Assembly: GCA_038209745.1 (NCBI GenBank)
Contig: JBBQXJ010000037.1
Location: 1 to 43,889 of the forward strand
DNA: 43,889 bases
Source of the DNA: Verrucomicrobiota bacterium
GTDB taxonomy: Bacteria; Verrucomicrobiota; Verrucomicrobiia; Limisphaerales; CANJSG01
Direction of reading: 5' to 3'
A program made the translations under genes and the position numbers. Under the pieces are notes generated by a model. The model saw nothing but the letters and a program-made list of their open reading frames with translations, made no database searches and was not told where the DNA came from. Position 1 is the first letter of the stretch. Each line of letters begins with the position of its first letter. Below are positions 41,231 to 43,889 of the stretch, one piece after another.

Positions 41231-41812
41231 TCAGGGAAGGGGCTTGATCCGGATATTGCGGTATTCCATCACGCCGAGGTCGCCTTCCAGTCCGATGGGG
41301 CCGGTCGGCGGCAGTTTCATGGCCGCTTCGAGAATCTCTCCGTTGCAGGTGGCAAAGGCGACGTTGTCGTGGACCACGACCTCGATCTGGTTCCATTCCT
41401 GCGGACGGTATTTCTTCAATTCCTTGTAGGGGCCCATTCTCCAATAATCACGGCACTGGAGCTGGGGGTCGCGGAGATAGATCCCGCTGTCGGCCTTGAC
41501 GCCGGCGCGGAAATCGAGCCGCAGGATGAAATCGGTCGGGAACTCCCGGGTCGTCCACATCTGGCTGAAGGTGCGGGGCGTCACGACCTCGTTGACCACG
41601 AGGATCCCGTCCTTGACCTCGTATCGACCGTCGATGCTCTTGGTCCTGCCGTTGAAGTTGTTCGTCTTATAGCCCCAACCGGTGAGGTCCTTGCCGTTGA
41701 ACAGACTGATGAAGCCAGATTCGGTGCTGGGTCCATGCGCGCAGCCGGCCAACAAGCCGACGGCGTAGATCACCGCGGTGAACAGACTGAAAAAAGAAAC
41801 GGTGGGGCGCAT
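41231..41812 (-). CDS. DUF1080 (3-keto-disaccharide hydrolase/GH16-like) lipoprotein
   Basis: Lipobox LAGC, SLFNGKDLTGW, DSGIYLR, WNQIEV, GPIGLE, YRNIRIK; the frame is also open from ATG 41887. Confidence 0.88.
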   Translation of the reverse strand: MRPTVSFFSLFTAVIYAVGLLAGCAHGPSTESGFISLFNGKDLTGWGYKTNNFNGRTKSIDGRYEVKDGILVVNEVVTPRTFSQMWTTREFPTDFILRLDFRAGVKADSGIYLRDPQLQCRDYWRMGPYKELKKYRPQEWNQIEVVVHDNVAFATCNGEILEAAMKLPPTGPIGLEGDLGVMEYRNIRIKPLP

Positions 41813-41889
41813 GATGGATGGGGTTCCGGACTGCCCGGAGGCTGCTATCGCGGGAGTCCTCCGGGCAAGGGTGAAGTCACGGAACATCC

Positions 41890-43881
41890 TTACTTCTTCA
41901 GCTGCCAGTTCTCATCGAAAAATCCCGCCGCATCGACTCCCCCCGGCGCCCGAGCCGTCGCGGGCTGGGTCACATCGACCAACGCCCAGTCGGGCAGCTT
42001 GGGGGTTTGGTCGGCGTTGCTGCCGAATCCCCGGAACGTGAACCCACTGTTCAACACAACATAACGGCTGGGACTCAGCGGATTTGGGCAGATCATCACG
42101 AGCGCGTGGCCGGCGCTGGAGACCTTCCGGGCCCCCGCCTCAATGCCTTCCTTCGTCCAGCGGATCGGCAGTTGATCGGCGATGCGACCGAGCAGCGAGT
42201 TGCTCTGTGGATCGCCCCAAAGCACGAGATTGTTCGCGGCCAGGTCGGCGTCGGTCACTTCATTGTCACGTTTGACCCGGGGTTCGCCCCGGAACTGGGT
42301 CCGCCATTGCTCGCGGGCGCGCTTCAATTCGCGTTCCACCCAAGCCTCGACCTCCGGATCTTGCGCCTTACCGGAAGGCACCACGATCAAGAACGAATCC
42401 ATGAACGCGTCGTCGATCGGGCCTTGGAGCCCGTGGCGCTTGTGGAGGCCGGTCGGTTTCAGGTCCGGATCGACCGGGCCCCAATGTCCGATTGTCTTGG
42501 CGAACGACGCTGTCCACCGATGGTCCCGCCTGGCTCCGGGAATCTTCAACGAGTCGCCGTCGATCACGACCGTCACCGTCTCTGCGAGAGCCGTCTGTTC
42601 CTCCGGAAATGCCAAAGTCAGCGCGGTGACGTTGGTGGTGGAGACCTCGACGCTAGATCCGGGCTTCAGTCGGGCGTCCACCGTGGCCCGCTTCCAATGA
42701 TGTTCGAGTCCGTCGACCTGCACCCACCCCATGCGATCATAGCGCAACGAGTAGGTATCGAAGCGGATCTCCGAGGGCACGGCCACCCGGCCCTGGGCCA
42801 TGACCGCGTCGAACTGCTGGGACAGCTCCACCTTGGTCGCGGGCTCATACTTGTGTGCCGTCTTTGGTCCGATGAGATGCCGCAACGTGAGCCCGTGGGT
42901 CGCCATCGCCGCGGCCATCGTGTCGGCGGCGAGCCTCTGTGGGTCGATCTCGCCGCTGTAGGCGATGGGGGTCGTGTTGAAGAGATTGCCCGCATCGTCG
43001 GCGGAATCGTAGAGGTGCCAGAGCGTCTGCTCCCACGGCGGCGGGAAGTCGGGCGTCACCTTCAATTCCAAGTAGCGCGCGGTGTCGGCGAAACCCGCCC
43101 CCGGCGCCACGCCGGCCCAAATCCCCGCATGGTGCACGCCGAGATGCCACGTCCCGGCTCCCCCCATCGAGAAGCCCCGGATGGCGATGCGCAGCGGATC
43201 GATGTCGTAGTCGCGCATCACCGTCTCCATCGCTTCGAACACGTCCGTCTCGCCAGCGAACTTGTAGGCGTTGCAGTAGCGTCCGTAGGGATGGAGGACG
43301 ATCGTCTCTGGCGAAGCAAACTCGCCCCGGCTCTTCAGCCGTTCACCGAGGAATGCCAGCTCGGTTCTCTTGTCGTTTCGGCCGGCCAGCCAGACATCCA
43401 GCCGACGGGGCTTGTCCTGATATTGGTAGCCTTCCGGCACCACCAGCCCGAACGGCTGCACGGAACCATCGATGCGTGAGCGGTAGCCGCGCACCACCAG
43501 TCCGGTGGCCCAGATCCACGGCGACTCCCCTTTCCGCAGCTGCGCGATGCGCTCCCGTCCCAACACGATCAGCTTCTCGGCCAGATCGGCTTCGTTGGTC
43601 TTGTAGAACTCGTCGAACTCCAACGGATATCGCACGGCCTTGTGGAAGACCTCGACGTCCGGCAAGTAGCGCGCCAGTTCCGGCTTGTCCGCGAGTTCTA
43701 ATCGCAGCGCCTCGATCTCCGATCCAAAGGCCTTCAGCTCTCGCTTCAGCGTGTCGCCACGGACGGCGCCGATCTCGATTCCGGGGGGTGGCAAGGGCGC
43801 GGCGGCATTGCCATCGTGCCGGAAGACTCCCAAAAAGAACACCAAAGCCAATGCAACGATCATCCGCGTGCGGAGGGACAT
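41890..43881 (-). CDS. Secreted alpha/beta-hydrolase (prolyl oligopeptidase-like serine hydrolase)
   Basis: Signal peptide, GFSMGG nucleophile elbow, DGSVQPFGL, YSGEID, AHKY. Confidence 0.85.
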   Translation of the reverse strand: MSLRTRMIVALALVFFLGVFRHDGNAAAPLPPPGIEIGAVRGDTLKRELKAFGSEIEALRLELADKPELARYLPDVEVFHKAVRYPLEFDEFYKTNEADLAEKLIVLGRERIAQLRKGESPWIWATGLVVRGYRSRIDGSVQPFGLVVPEGYQYQDKPRRLDVWLAGRNDKRTELAFLGERLKSRGEFASPETIVLHPYGRYCNAYKFAGETDVFEAMETVMRDYDIDPLRIAIRGFSMGGAGTWHLGVHHAGIWAGVAPGAGFADTARYLELKVTPDFPPPWEQTLWHLYDSADDAGNLFNTTPIAYSGEIDPQRLAADTMAAAMATHGLTLRHLIGPKTAHKYEPATKVELSQQFDAVMAQGRVAVPSEIRFDTYSLRYDRMGWVQVDGLEHHWKRATVDARLKPGSSVEVSTTNVTALTLAFPEEQTALAETVTVVIDGDSLKIPGARRDHRWTASFAKTIGHWGPVDPDLKPTGLHKRHGLQGPIDDAFMDSFLIVVPSGKAQDPEVEAWVERELKRAREQWRTQFRGEPRVKRDNEVTDADLAANNLVLWGDPQSNSLLGRIADQLPIRWTKEGIEAGARKVSSAGHALVMICPNPLSPSRYVVLNSGFTFRGFGSNADQTPKLPDWALVDVTQPATARAPGGVDAAGFFDENWQLKK

Positions 43882-43889
43882 GGGGGAGA

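Overview
GC-rich bacterial window. Gene content (PEP-CTERM protein, CotH/lamin-tail secreted protein with a C-terminal RFYR motif, DUF1080 lipoprotein, few Shine-Dalgarno sequences) suggests Verrucomicrobiota; this is an inference. The left arm carries envelope and housekeeping genes: acyP, a metallophosphoesterase, a GT9 heptosyltransferase, lpxD, panD, DedA, a two-component pair, a PEP-CTERM protein, fabG-acpP-fabF and an octaheme cytochrome c. The centre (13.7-32.3 kb) is a nitrate/nitrite assimilation island: a divergent LysR, three NrtA-fold proteins (two without signal peptide), nrtB, two ATPases, a porin, a decayed globin, a DmsB-DmsC-like fusion, a Mo nitrate reductase, a cupin, NirA and a CysJ-like diflavin protein. 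The right arm has a CotH protein, a frameshifted Ser/Thr kinase, a second lpxD downstream of a fatty acid desaturase, DUF1080 and a secreted serine hydrolase. Most striking observation: all five long (about 150-330 nt) spacers between intact, co-transcribed genes of the nitrate operons contain palindromic repeats. Each is spanned by a short 'bridge' ORF that starts within 0-7 nt of the upstream stop and ends in an ATGA/GTGA overlap with the downstream start. Repeat-like elements also sit in frame inside nirA, the nitrate reductase and the DmsBC fusion. All calls come from motif recognition by eye; no database searches were run.
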